Positions 45,353 through 55,050 of a stretch of 64,000 bases of DNA are shown one piece after another. This stretch comes from a bacterium. GTDB lineage: Bacteria; Patescibacteriota; Patescibacteriia; Patescibacteriales; UBA12465. The notes below the pieces were generated by a model, which was not told where the DNA came from, did no database searches, and saw only the letters and a list, made by a program, of their open reading frames with translations. Position 1 is the stretch's first letter. Every line of letters starts with the position of its first letter. Position numbers and translations under genes: made by a program. Where the stretch lies: positions 63,347-127,346 of the forward strand of contig DAOMZR010000001.1 of NCBI GenBank assembly GCA_035400585.1. The letters run 5' to 3'.

Positions 45353-46378
45353 ATGAAAATTATTGTCGGTTTTATAACTTACAATCAAAATAGTTTTAAA
45401 TATTTACCATTCTTTTTGCCGAGTCTAAAATCTTCTTTAATGGTCTTGAAAGACGACTATGAAATTTTTGTTTTAGATAATAGTGTTAATTTTAGTGGAA
45501 ATCAAGAATATATATCAAAGTTTGCCAAAGAAAACAATTTAGATGACAAAATTTCTTTTTTTTCCCTTGGATTTAATTCTGGTTTTGCCAAAGGTTTTAA
45601 CTTTCTCATAAATAAATCTATAGCCATTAAAGCTGATTTGTTTATGGCGATTAATCCAGACACAATTTTAGAAGAATCATCGATATCAGAATTGATTAAA
45701 AAATTTAATAATGATGATAAAATTTCATCTCTGACCCCAAAGATATTAAATTGGGATTTTGTTAATAATAAAAAGACTAATATTATTGATAGTTTAGGAA
45801 TCGGGATAGATAAATTTCACCATTTTTTTGATATTGGACAGGGAAAAATTGATAACAACAATCAGTCTATTGAAGTTTTTGGAGCCTCTGGAGCTGCAGT
45901 TGTTTATAATATTAAAGCCCTACAAGAAGTTGCTTTTGATAATGGAAAATCATTGGAATTTTTTGACGAACTAATGTTTATGTACAAGGAAGATGTTGAT
46001 CTGTCTTATAGATTAAGACTGGCTGGTTGGAAATCTTTTGTTGTTCCTGAATCAATTATTTATCACGACAGAAGTTTATCCTCTTTGTCTTATGATGTAT
46101 TTTCTTTAATTTTTAAGAAAAAGGACAGTTTTAGATCCTTGTCTTATCTAAATCAACTGATAGTGCTTTTGAAATTTAGAAAACTTAATTTTTCTTTTAA
46201 GATTAAGTTTTTTTCCTTTCTGAGATTTTTTTTATTGGTTTTTTATGGTTTATTTTTTAATTTTGTTCAAATTAAACAAATAATAAAATTAATGCCAGAG
46301 ATAGAAAAGAGGAGAAAACACTTGAAAATAATAGAATATTGTGTTCAAGATATTGAGCGCCTTATAAAAAAAGCTTGA
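45353..46378 (+). CDS. Glycosyltransferase, GT2 family
   Basis: MKIIVGFITYNQ, FVLDNS, GFNSGFAKGFN, AINPDT, YKEDVDLSYRLRLAGW. The ATG at 45353 is preferred over the TTG at 45338, which lies inside the terminator. Confidence 0.75.
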   Translation: MKIIVGFITYNQNSFKYLPFFLPSLKSSLMVLKDDYEIFVLDNSVNFSGNQEYISKFAKENNLDDKISFFSLGFNSGFAKGFNFLINKSIAIKADLFMAINPDTILEESSISELIKKFNNDDKISSLTPKILNWDFVNNKKTNIIDSLGIGIDKFHHFFDIGQGKIDNNNQSIEVFGASGAAVVYNIKALQEVAFDNGKSLEFFDELMFMYKEDVDLSYRLRLAGWKSFVVPESIIYHDRSLSSLSYDVFSLIFKKKDSFRSLSYLNQLIVLLKFRKLNFSFKIKFFSFLRFFLLVFYGLFFNFVQIKQIIKLMPEIEKRRKHLKIIEYCVQDIERLIKKA

Positions 46379-46457
46379 TTTTATTGACTAAAATTACTAT
46401 TGACTTATTTTTAAAAATATGATTTAATTACTTAGTAATAATTATGAATAAAAATAT

Positions 46458-47483
46458 ATGAAAGATGTTTTTAAAAAGATAATTAAAGAAAAGAAAAAGG
46501 ATGAATTGATTAAACTGAACGCTGTTGAGATAGTTAATCAAATTTTTTCCGAACTTCAAGAGAGAGAAAAAGACATTTTGTCTCGTCGTTTTGCTTTGGG
46601 TGGTCACGATTCTCAAACATTAGAAGAAATTGGCAAATTACATAGTTTAACCAGAGAAAGGGTTAGACAAATTGAAAGAGCTAGTTTAGAAAAAATAAAA
46701 AAATTGGATAGCCTAGACGAAAAATTGGCAACAGTTAGGGAGGTTGTTGAAGATATATTGGATGAACATGGCGGAGTTATGGAAAGGGATTTTTTGTTGG
46801 ATGTTTTGTCAGTTTTAACCCTACAACTTGAAGATGGAGAATTGGAAAATCAAAAAGATGATTATAAAAATTATTTTGATTTTATTTTATCAAATCTTTT
46901 AAATAATTATATTGAAAAAATTGATAATTCTAATCGTTTTGCTACTTTTTATAAGTTAAAAGATAGAACTATTAGTTATTTAGAGGATTTAGCAGATGAA
47001 TTAAAAGAAAAAATGTTATCTATTAAAAAAACTGTTAAATTTGATGAAATTTTAGAAATGATTAAGGGTTTAAAAACCTTTAATTCGAACAAGGACAAAA
47101 TAATTAAAGATAAAGACGGTTTAGATTTAACTGATATTTTTAAAAACAAAATTTTTCCAGAAAAAGGGGAAACTATTAATGAGTATAAACCCTTGTATTC
47201 TATTTTACAGGCCGTAAAAGATATTAATAGAAACAAATTTGGTTATTGGGGACATGATAGTTGGTCAGAAATAAAACCAAAAAGAATTTCTGATAAAATT
47301 TATTTAATTTTAAAAGAAGAAAACAAACCAATGCATTTTAACGAAATTACTAAGAAAATCAATGAAATTGGGTTTGACCATAAAAAGGCTAACGTTGGTT
47401 CAGTTCATAACGAACTGATTTTAGATGATCGTTATACTCTTTTTGATAGAGGTGTTTATGGATTAAAAGAATGGCAAAAATAA
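46458..47483 (+). CDS. Protein combining a sigma-70 region-4-like HTH (N-terminal) with a HARE-HTH-like domain (C-terminal)
   Basis: The N-terminal part LQEREKDILSRRFALGGHDSQTLEEIGKLHSLTRERVRQIERASLEKIKKL resembles sigma region 4. The C-terminal part ISDKIYLILKEENKPMHFNEITKKINEIGF...SVHNELILDDRYTLFDRGVYGLKEW resembles the RpoE-delta/HARE-HTH pattern. Confidence 0.6.
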   Translation: MKDVFKKIIKEKKKDELIKLNAVEIVNQIFSELQEREKDILSRRFALGGHDSQTLEEIGKLHSLTRERVRQIERASLEKIKKLDSLDEKLATVREVVEDILDEHGGVMERDFLLDVLSVLTLQLEDGELENQKDDYKNYFDFILSNLLNNYIEKIDNSNRFATFYKLKDRTISYLEDLADELKEKMLSIKKTVKFDEILEMIKGLKTFNSNKDKIIKDKDGLDLTDIFKNKIFPEKGETINEYKPLYSILQAVKDINRNKFGYWGHDSWSEIKPKRISDKIYLILKEENKPMHFNEITKKINEIGFDHKKANVGSVHNELILDDRYTLFDRGVYGLKEWQK

Positions 47484-47503
47484 TCTTAAAATTTCAAATA
47501 ATT

Positions 47504-47531
47504 TAAGACCCCTTTGGGGTCTTATTTTTTT
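47504..47531 (+). terminator. Rho-independent terminator
   Basis: TAAGACCCC / GGGGTCTTA stem followed by TTTTTTT. Confidence 0.8.
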
Positions 47532-47596
47532 ATAAAAATTTTGATTTCATTTCAAATTATGTTATTATATAGACATATTTAAGCTTTTAACTAAAT

Positions 47597-49084
47597 ATGG
47601 ATATAGTTATTGACTTTACCCCCTTACAAGAGTTTTTTAGTCTGCCGCCCAGTCAGATGCTTTTTATATTTTTTATTCGTTTTGGTTGGTTGATTTTTGC
47701 TTTTTTATTTTTAGCAGCTTCTAGAATTTTGTGGCTGAAATATGTACAAGGAAAATGGTTTTCTGGTGTTAAATTTATTTTTCTAGCGATTGATATTCCT
47801 CGAGGAAATATTCAATCACCACGTGCAGTTGAAAACATGTTTAGTTATTTAGCTGGTGCTCACTCTACACAAAATTTTTTTGAAAAATGGTTTTTGGGCG
47901 AAGGACAATTATCTTTTAGTTTGGAAATAATTAGTTCTGAGGGGTATACGCAATTTTTAATCAGAACTCCAGAACAATTTAGAAATTTAGTTGAATCAGC
48001 TATTTATTCTCAATATCCTGACGCTGAGATTGTGGAGGTGGATGACTATTGCGAAGGCTTTCCAAATAAATTTCCCAACGAAGAATATGATGTTTGGGGA
48101 ACTGAGTTTATTCAAGGAAGTCACTACATGTATCCTATAAAAACATATAAAGAATTCGAGCATCAGTTTGGTCCAGACGAAACAGTTTTTAGAGATCCTA
48201 TGGCTGAATTAATGGAACTTTGTAGTAGCTTAAGAAAAGGAGAGCATCTTTGGTATCAAATTATTTTAATTCCAACTGGCTTTGATTGGACTGACGATGG
48301 TTTGAGTGAGATTAATAAAATTTTAGGAGAAGCTCCTAAAACTAGTTTTTTAAACAAAATTATTGATTCTGTGATTGATTTAATATCTGATTTAAGTGAG
48401 ATGATATTTTCTCTTTGGGGCGATGTTGAAAGCAAGACTAAGGAGTTTAAAAAGTTATCAATGATGGAATTAACCCCTAAACAGAAAAAGAAGATAGAGG
48501 GAATAGAAATTAAATCGTCCAAACTAGGTTTTTTATGTAAAATCAGGGTTGTTTACATGGCAAAAAAGGAGGTTATGAATAAGGCCAAAGTAGCTAATGG
48601 TTTTGTTGGTTACATTAAACAATTTGCTGCCTTAGACCTGAACAATCTAAAACCAGATTTAAAAATGACTGGAACAAAAGTTTCTTATTTCAACAAGGGA
48701 CCAAGGCTTATTAGAAGAAAAAATAATATAGTTAATAATTACATGAATAGAGATGACTGGGGTGGAAGAATTCCTTTTTTATTAAATACAGAAGAATTGG
48801 CCACCTTATGGCATTTTCCAATTGAGGCTACAGCTAACGCTCCTCTTATTCAAAAAACACCGGCTAAAAAATATAAACCACCGGCAAATTTGGTTTCGGA
48901 GGACGCTTCTTCTAATATTGATAATTTAAAAGAAGAGCTGCTTTTAGGTGACTTTTCTAAACAAAAATTAAAAAATAATAATGAAAATAATTTTGATAAC
49001 CAAAATTCTTACAAGCAAGAACAAGAGAAAACAATAGAAGATGATACTAAGGGATCTCCTCCGGCTAATTTACCACTAGGATAA
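47597..49084 (+). CDS. Hypothetical membrane-anchored protein
   Basis: 495-aa ORF. It has an N-terminal hydrophobic hairpin (MLFIFFIRFGWLIFAFLFLAA) and a large soluble domain. No nucleotide-binding motif was seen. Confidence 0.55.
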   Translation: MDIVIDFTPLQEFFSLPPSQMLFIFFIRFGWLIFAFLFLAASRILWLKYVQGKWFSGVKFIFLAIDIPRGNIQSPRAVENMFSYLAGAHSTQNFFEKWFLGEGQLSFSLEIISSEGYTQFLIRTPEQFRNLVESAIYSQYPDAEIVEVDDYCEGFPNKFPNEEYDVWGTEFIQGSHYMYPIKTYKEFEHQFGPDETVFRDPMAELMELCSSLRKGEHLWYQIILIPTGFDWTDDGLSEINKILGEAPKTSFLNKIIDSVIDLISDLSEMIFSLWGDVESKTKEFKKLSMMELTPKQKKKIEGIEIKSSKLGFLCKIRVVYMAKKEVMNKAKVANGFVGYIKQFAALDLNNLKPDLKMTGTKVSYFNKGPRLIRRKNNIVNNYMNRDDWGGRIPFLLNTEELATLWHFPIEATANAPLIQKTPAKKYKPPANLVSEDASSNIDNLKEELLLGDFSKQKLKNNNENNFDNQNSYKQEQEKTIEDDTKGSPPANLPLG

Positions 49085-50259
49085 TGATTAAAGAAACTAA
49101 AAAAATAGGAATAGACGCTAGGTTTTACGGCCCTTTTGCTAAGGGCCTTGGTCGTTATACTCAAGAAATAGTTGATAATATTTTAAAAATGGACAAAGAA
49201 AATCATTACGTTATTTTTTTAGGAAAACATAATTTTGATGAACTGATTATTGGTAATAATAAAAATGTTAAAAAGGTTTTAGTTGATATTAAGTGGTACT
49301 CATTAAAGGAGCAGTTTTTTTTCCCATACTATATTTGGAAAGAAAAATTGGATTTGATTCATTTTACTCATTTTAATGTCCCTATTTTTTGTCCAACAAA
49401 ATTTATAGTGACAATTCATGATTTAATTTTAACAAAGTTCAAAACTGTTAGAGCAACGACTAAGCATCCAATTGTTTATAATTTAAAAGATTTTTTTTAT
49501 CGATTGGTTATTAAAAGTGCTTTAAAAAAATCAGAGAAAATTATTACTGTTTCTAACTTCACTAAAAATGATATCGTTGAACAATTTAAAATAAAGCCAG
49601 ATAAAATAAAAGTTATTTATGAAGGGGTTTCTAATTTATCAAAGGGCAGGGATTCTTTGTTTATAGCTAAATTAAATAAGGATGAAATTTTGGGTGATTA
49701 TCACATTTCCTCTCCTTACTTTCTTTATGTTGGCAATGCTTATCCTCATAAGAATTTAGAATTTTTGGTTAAATCTTTTTTAGAATGGAGGTCTAAAAAT
49801 CCGGGATTCAAATTGGTTATGGTTGGCAAGGAAGATTTTTTTTATAAAAGAGTTAAAGATTACGCAGAGGAAATAATTACAAAAAATAAGTACGAAAATT
49901 CAATAATTTTTACTGGTTATGTGCCTGATGAAAAATTAGAAATACTTTATCAAGGAGCAATGATTTATATCTTTCCTTCATTGTATGAAGGCTTCGGATT
50001 GCCACCACTTGAAGCTCTTTTTAATTCTTGCCCAGTTTTAAGCTCGAAAGCAGCCAGCATGCCAGAAATTATTCAGGGGGGTGCTTTATATTTTGATCCA
50101 GAAAATTATTCCGATTTTTCAGAAAAATTGAATGCTTTGGTTGGGGATGATAATCTGCGTCAGGAATTGGTTTTGGCAGGAAAAGAAGTTTTAAAAAAAT
50201 ATAATTGGTGGGAGTGCGCTTTTAAAACTAAGGAAATTTATTCTCAACTACTAAGTTAG
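49084..50259 (+). CDS. Glycosyltransferase, GT4 family
   Basis: IGIDARFYGPFAKGLGRY ... PSLYEGFGLPPLEALFNSCPVLSSKAASMPEII. The start overlaps the upstream stop by 1 nt. Confidence 0.85.
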   Translation: MIKETKKIGIDARFYGPFAKGLGRYTQEIVDNILKMDKENHYVIFLGKHNFDELIIGNNKNVKKVLVDIKWYSLKEQFFFPYYIWKEKLDLIHFTHFNVPIFCPTKFIVTIHDLILTKFKTVRATTKHPIVYNLKDFFYRLVIKSALKKSEKIITVSNFTKNDIVEQFKIKPDKIKVIYEGVSNLSKGRDSLFIAKLNKDEILGDYHISSPYFLYVGNAYPHKNLEFLVKSFLEWRSKNPGFKLVMVGKEDFFYKRVKDYAEEIITKNKYENSIIFTGYVPDEKLEILYQGAMIYIFPSLYEGFGLPPLEALFNSCPVLSSKAASMPEIIQGGALYFDPENYSDFSEKLNALVGDDNLRQELVLAGKEVLKKYNWWECAFKTKEIYSQLLS

Positions 50260-50266
50260 TCCTTTT

Positions 50267-53050
50267 ATGTCCAAAATTAAAAAACATAAAATAGAAATAT
50301 TTGCAGAAGAGCGTTCTTCTGATTTTGTGGTTGATTTGAGAAAAGGAAAAAAAGAAATAATTAATACTAGCTTATTTTCGAAAGAGGAGAACAAGGAAAC
50401 AAATTTTGAAGGAAACACCATGATTTTTGGCAGTAGTATTGTTAGTAATAATTTTGCCCAAAAAGAAAAGAAAAATATAGGCAATAAAGTTTTTAATAAA
50501 AAGAAATTTGAAAAAATATTATTTTACCCCCTTTTAATGTTTATCTTTAAATTTTTTAAGAAGATTTATTATTTCTTTTTTGATTGGATAGTTGATATTT
50601 ATGTTTTTTTAAAAAAGATCACATTATTTAAAGCTCTTTTTAGGTTGTTTGTCGGTATTTTTGGTTTCTTTTTATTTCCTTTTAAAAGAATTTTTTATTT
50701 TTTTAAAAATAGTAGTTTTAGTTATAGAATAAAATTTAAATGGCCAAAATTTAAATTAAAAACAAAAAATAAACCTTTATTTGATTTTATCGATCAAGAG
50801 TCAAAACAACTACCATTATTTAAAAAATCATCACCTAAAAAAAACATCAAGTCTTTAATCTTCTTTTTTTTGTTTCTTTTATTGGTGGCCCTTATTTTTA
50901 AAGGTATAAATTATTATAATCTTTATAAAAAAAGTAATCTTCAAAATGAATTAATATCATTGTCTTTGTCTGGCATTCAAAGCTTTTCTTCTGCCTCGGA
51001 AGCTATTAGTGTTTTTGACTTTTATCAAGCCTATAATAAATTTAGTGAGGCCGGAGAAAATTTTGAATCACTTGATAATGAGTTGAAAAAAATTGATGAA
51101 TTGGTAATGTTTTTTAGTTTCTTTTCAGATGATAAAAAAATAAAAGCCTTTTCTCAATCCAAAAATTTTTCAAAAATTGGCGTTTATTTATCTTCAATGG
51201 GAAATAATTTAAGCTTATCTTTTAATTCTTTGTTTTTATTTTTTTCAGAGAAGAACCCTAAAAAGGATTTTAATGATTTTTCTGAGCACATTACTGACTC
51301 TTTGTCAGATTTAAAGAAAGTTAATAAATATTTAGATAAAATTAAAGTTGAGGCTATTCCCACCGATTATCAGTCTGATTTTATAAAAACTAGAAAAAAC
51401 TTGGTTTCTTTAGAGAATAATTTATCTATTTTTGTTCAATATTTGCCAGCAATTGAGGATTTTTTAGGGATAAATCATGATAAGAGATATTTATTGGTTT
51501 TTCAAAATAACTCAGAAATAAGGGCTAGTGGTGGTTTTATTGGTAGCTATGCCTTAATTGATATTAAAAATGGAAAAATAATTAATTTTGAAATTCCGGC
51601 CGGAGGTTCTTATGATACTGAGGGTGGGATGAAGGCCTTGGTAGAATCACCCAGACCATTGCATTTAGTTAAAAATAATTGGTATTTTTGGGACGCTAAT
51701 TGGTGGCCAGATTGGTTGTTGTCCGCTAAAAATTTAATGTGGTTTTTGGAAAAAAGTGGTGGTCCAAGCGTTGATGGTGTTATTAGTTTTACCCCTAATG
51801 TTTTAGGAGATTTATTGACAGTTTTTGGTTCAGTTGATTTATCATCTAAATACGGAGTAATTATTGACTCTAATAATTTTCAAGATAATTTACAAGAAGT
51901 GGTTGAGGTTATTGGTAATCCAGTACTGTATCAGGATCAACAATTAAAAACAGATATTTTAGGAAAAATTAAAAATAATCAGATAATTGTTAATGATTCC
52001 ATTGTCACCTCCACTTCTTCATCTTCGGACAATTTTATTATTAATAATTCTTATTTAGAAGAAACTAGCAGTACTTCCACAAAAAATCTTTTTTCATCTG
52101 ATTTATTATCTACCACCTCATCTACTACTTTAAACGCTTTTAATCAAAATAAACCAAAAGAAATTATTGGTGAGGTTTTCGATGTTTTGTTAGACAGAGT
52201 TGTTTCGGATATTGATAAGGATAAAATTTTAAAAACATTTTTTCTATTACTTGATAATTTAGACAAAAAGAACATTCTTTTATATTTTGAAAATAAAAAA
52301 TTACAAGAAATGGTGGAATTTTATTCTTGGGGAGGAAGGTTGAAGAAAGCTGATAATGATTATTTGATGATTGTTGATACCAATATTGCTGGAGCCAAAA
52401 GTGATCGTTTTTTGAAAAAAAATTATTATCTTCAATCTGAAATTAAAAAAGACGGAACTATTATTAATAAATTAAGAATAGAAAGAGATCGTCGCAACGA
52501 AGAAAATAGTTTATTTTCTGGATTAAGAAATGTTAATTGGTTGAGAGTTTATGTTCCTTTGGGAAGTAAGCTAATTAGTGCTAGTGGTTTTGCTTCTCCA
52601 GATGAAAAGTATTTTAAAACTTCTAATATTTCTTTGGAAAAAAATAGTTTTTTAGAAAAAACAGAAAATAAAGCCGAAATAGATTTAAAAAGTGGGTTGA
52701 AAATTTATCAGGAATCCGGGAAAACTGTTTTTGCTAATTGGACAATGACCGATATTGGACAACTTTCAACAATTGAAATTGAATATGAACTTCCCGGAAA
52801 TATTTTCATGCAAGAAAGAAATATTTCTTCTTTGGAGAAAATTTTTGTAGCTGAAGAAAACCTTTTTAAGCATTCATTGTTATGGCAAAAACAGGCCGGA
52901 GCAGAGAATTCTAATTTTTATTTTTCTTGGGCAAATAATACTAGTTTAAATACAGTTTGGTTTTCGGATCAAATTCAAAAAGAAAAAAATACTTTTAGTA
53001 GATCAGGCGAACTTGATTTGGATAAATATTTTACTATTATCTTAAAATAA
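50267..53050 (+). CDS. DUF4012-like membrane-anchored envelope protein
   Basis: N-terminal TM region. The motif RYLLVFQNNSEIRASGGFIGSYALIDIKNGKI is characteristic of DUF4012, recognised from memory of the family. Confidence 0.65.
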   Translation: MSKIKKHKIEIFAEERSSDFVVDLRKGKKEIINTSLFSKEENKETNFEGNTMIFGSSIVSNNFAQKEKKNIGNKVFNKKKFEKILFYPLLMFIFKFFKKIYYFFFDWIVDIYVFLKKITLFKALFRLFVGIFGFFLFPFKRIFYFFKNSSFSYRIKFKWPKFKLKTKNKPLFDFIDQESKQLPLFKKSSPKKNIKSLIFFFLFLLLVALIFKGINYYNLYKKSNLQNELISLSLSGIQSFSSASEAISVFDFYQAYNKFSEAGENFESLDNELKKIDELVMFFSFFSDDKKIKAFSQSKNFSKIGVYLSSMGNNLSLSFNSLFLFFSEKNPKKDFNDFSEHITDSLSDLKKVNKYLDKIKVEAIPTDYQSDFIKTRKNLVSLENNLSIFVQYLPAIEDFLGINHDKRYLLVFQNNSEIRASGGFIGSYALIDIKNGKIINFEIPAGGSYDTEGGMKALVESPRPLHLVKNNWYFWDANWWPDWLLSAKNLMWFLEKSGGPSVDGVISFTPNVLGDLLTVFGSVDLSSKYGVIIDSNNFQDNLQEVVEVIGNPVLYQDQQLKTDILGKIKNNQIIVNDSIVTSTSSSSDNFIINNSYLEETSSTSTKNLFSSDLLSTTSSTTLNAFNQNKPKEIIGEVFDVLLDRVVSDIDKDKILKTFFLLLDNLDKKNILLYFENKKLQEMVEFYSWGGRLKKADNDYLMIVDTNIAGAKSDRFLKKNYYLQSEIKKDGTIINKLRIERDRRNEENSLFSGLRNVNWLRVYVPLGSKLISASGFASPDEKYFKTSNISLEKNSFLEKTENKAEIDLKSGLKIYQESGKTVFANWTMTDIGQLSTIEIEYELPGNIFMQERNISSLEKIFVAEENLFKHSLLWQKQAGAENSNFYFSWANNTSLNTVWFSDQIQKEKNTFSRSGELDLDKYFTIILK

Positions 53051-53066
53051 TTTTATATAAAAATAT

Positions 53067-55040
53067 ATGGAAAAAGAAAAAGTAGAATTTAAAAAGCATA
53101 AAATTTCTGGTGATGAAAACCCAATGAATATAGAAAAAGAGATTAAAAAAGAACAGAGAAACGAAGAGGTAGAAAGTGATTTGTTTGAAATTTATGCTGA
53201 TGAAACCGGACAGATTAGCGATTTAAGCAAAATAAAAGTTAAAAGAAAAAGATCATTTATTATTTCTTTATTTTTTTCTTTAATTTTTTTATCATTTTTT
53301 TCTATATTAGCTTATGGTGTTTATAATTATATAAATAATCAAAGAAATTCATCTTTTGATTTGGATGTTAAAATTACAGCCCCCTCTAAAATAGTTTTGG
53401 GTGAGCCATTTTATTATGAAATTGAATATAAAAATTCTAGTAAACAAAATTTACAAAACATAAATTTTGAAGCTAATTTTCCAGCAAATTTTATTTATTT
53501 AGAATCATATCCAACTCCTAATTTTAATAATAATTCTTGGACGATTGAAAATCTTCCGTCAGAAGCCGGTGGTAAAATTAAGATTAATGGCTTGATAATT
53601 AATAAAGAGGGTTTAAATAATTTATTGTCAGTTAAGGCCGGTTATGAGATACCTGGCTTTTCCTCTTATTTTAAAAAAGAATTTTTTTATTCTGTTTCAG
53701 TGAGTTCAATTCCTTTTTCTATTAATTTAGATTTCTTTTCAACTGCCTTGGTTGGAGAAGAATATCTTTTAAAGTTTTCCTTGAAAGATTTTAAACAGCT
53801 AACTGATTCCAGATTATTTCTATCAGTTTTTCCTTCTGATAATGTTGAATTTTCCTTGCCAGGAGAAGAGTTTGGTGGTGATTCTAATAATATTCTAAAA
53901 ATTGATCAATCAGAAAAAAATGTTTTTGAAATATCTTTCAGGGAGAATGTTGCTAGTTCTAGTTTTGAAAATTTATCGACCGATTCCTATGATTTTTATT
54001 TAAAGTATAAAGTATTGGATAAAATTAGTGATACAGAAAAGATTGCCTGGCAGTTAAAATACTTGGATAAAAATAGTAATAATTTTGTTTTTTTAGAAAA
54101 AGATTTTTCTTTATCTGTTGTTAAGAGTGATCTTAGTTTAAATTTATCTGTTAATGAAAATTCATCTGATCAGGCAGTAGATTTTGGTCAAGCCTTAAAC
54201 TATAGTATAAATTATTCTAATAAAGGTGATAAGCAAATGAAAGATGTAGTAATTATGGCCGTTTTAGAGAGTGATTTTCTGGATTGGAGTAGTTTCGATG
54301 ATTTAAACGGAGGAAGGGTCAATCGAAAAACAATTAGTTGGACATCAAAAGAAATGTCGGAATTAAAGGAGTTGGATCCTGGTCAAGAGGGTGTTATTAA
54401 TTTTTCTATAAATATTTTACCTTTTACAAAAATATCTTATGGACAAGAATTAAAGATTGAAAGTTATGCTCAATTTACTATCGGCAATGTTGAAGAGTTG
54501 GGTGACGAAATAAGAGTTTCAGATAATAAAAGCAATGTTATAATTAATATGATTAACAGTAATTTTTCCGCTAAAGAAGAAATAAGATATTTTGATGATG
54601 ATAATATTCCCGTCGGCTCTGGTCCGTTGCCACCAAAAGTTGGTGAAAAATCAACTTTTAGAGTTTATTGGAATATTGATAATTCCTTACATGAGTTGAA
54701 AGATTTACAAGCCGAATTATTTTTACCAGAATATATGATTTGGGAGAACAAATATAATGTTAGCGCTGGTGAAATAAATTATGATTTAATTAATCATAAA
54801 GTAAATTGGACTTTAGGAAGATTACCATTAGGTATTGATGAAATAGAGGTAAGTTTTGATATTTCTATGGTTCCTAGTGATTTTGAATATAACAAAATAC
54901 TAATAATTTCACCTGGAAGCACTTTTGAGGCTTTTGATGTCGAAACTAATTCGTTAATTGAAAGAAAAACAGAAATAAAGACCACAAAACTGGAAGATGA
55001 TCTAATAGCCGGTCTAAGTAGTGATGGTCGAATAAAATAA
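53067..55040 (+). CDS. Membrane-anchored surface protein with DUF11/CARDB-like beta-sandwich repeats
   Basis: It has an N-terminal K/E-rich head and one TM segment. Two segments fit the DUF11-like pattern: VKITAPSKIVLGEPFYYEIEYKNSSKQNLQNINFEANFP...WTIENLPSEAGGKIKING and ALNYSINYSNKGDKQMKDVVIMAVL...ISWTSKEMSELKELDPGQEG. Confidence 0.5.
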   Translation: MEKEKVEFKKHKISGDENPMNIEKEIKKEQRNEEVESDLFEIYADETGQISDLSKIKVKRKRSFIISLFFSLIFLSFFSILAYGVYNYINNQRNSSFDLDVKITAPSKIVLGEPFYYEIEYKNSSKQNLQNINFEANFPANFIYLESYPTPNFNNNSWTIENLPSEAGGKIKINGLIINKEGLNNLLSVKAGYEIPGFSSYFKKEFFYSVSVSSIPFSINLDFFSTALVGEEYLLKFSLKDFKQLTDSRLFLSVFPSDNVEFSLPGEEFGGDSNNILKIDQSEKNVFEISFRENVASSSFENLSTDSYDFYLKYKVLDKISDTEKIAWQLKYLDKNSNNFVFLEKDFSLSVVKSDLSLNLSVNENSSDQAVDFGQALNYSINYSNKGDKQMKDVVIMAVLESDFLDWSSFDDLNGGRVNRKTISWTSKEMSELKELDPGQEGVINFSINILPFTKISYGQELKIESYAQFTIGNVEELGDEIRVSDNKSNVIINMINSNFSAKEEIRYFDDDNIPVGSGPLPPKVGEKSTFRVYWNIDNSLHELKDLQAELFLPEYMIWENKYNVSAGEINYDLINHKVNWTLGRLPLGIDEIEVSFDISMVPSDFEYNKILIISPGSTFEAFDVETNSLIERKTEIKTTKLEDDLIAGLSSDGRIK

Positions 55041-55050
55041 ATTAATTACA

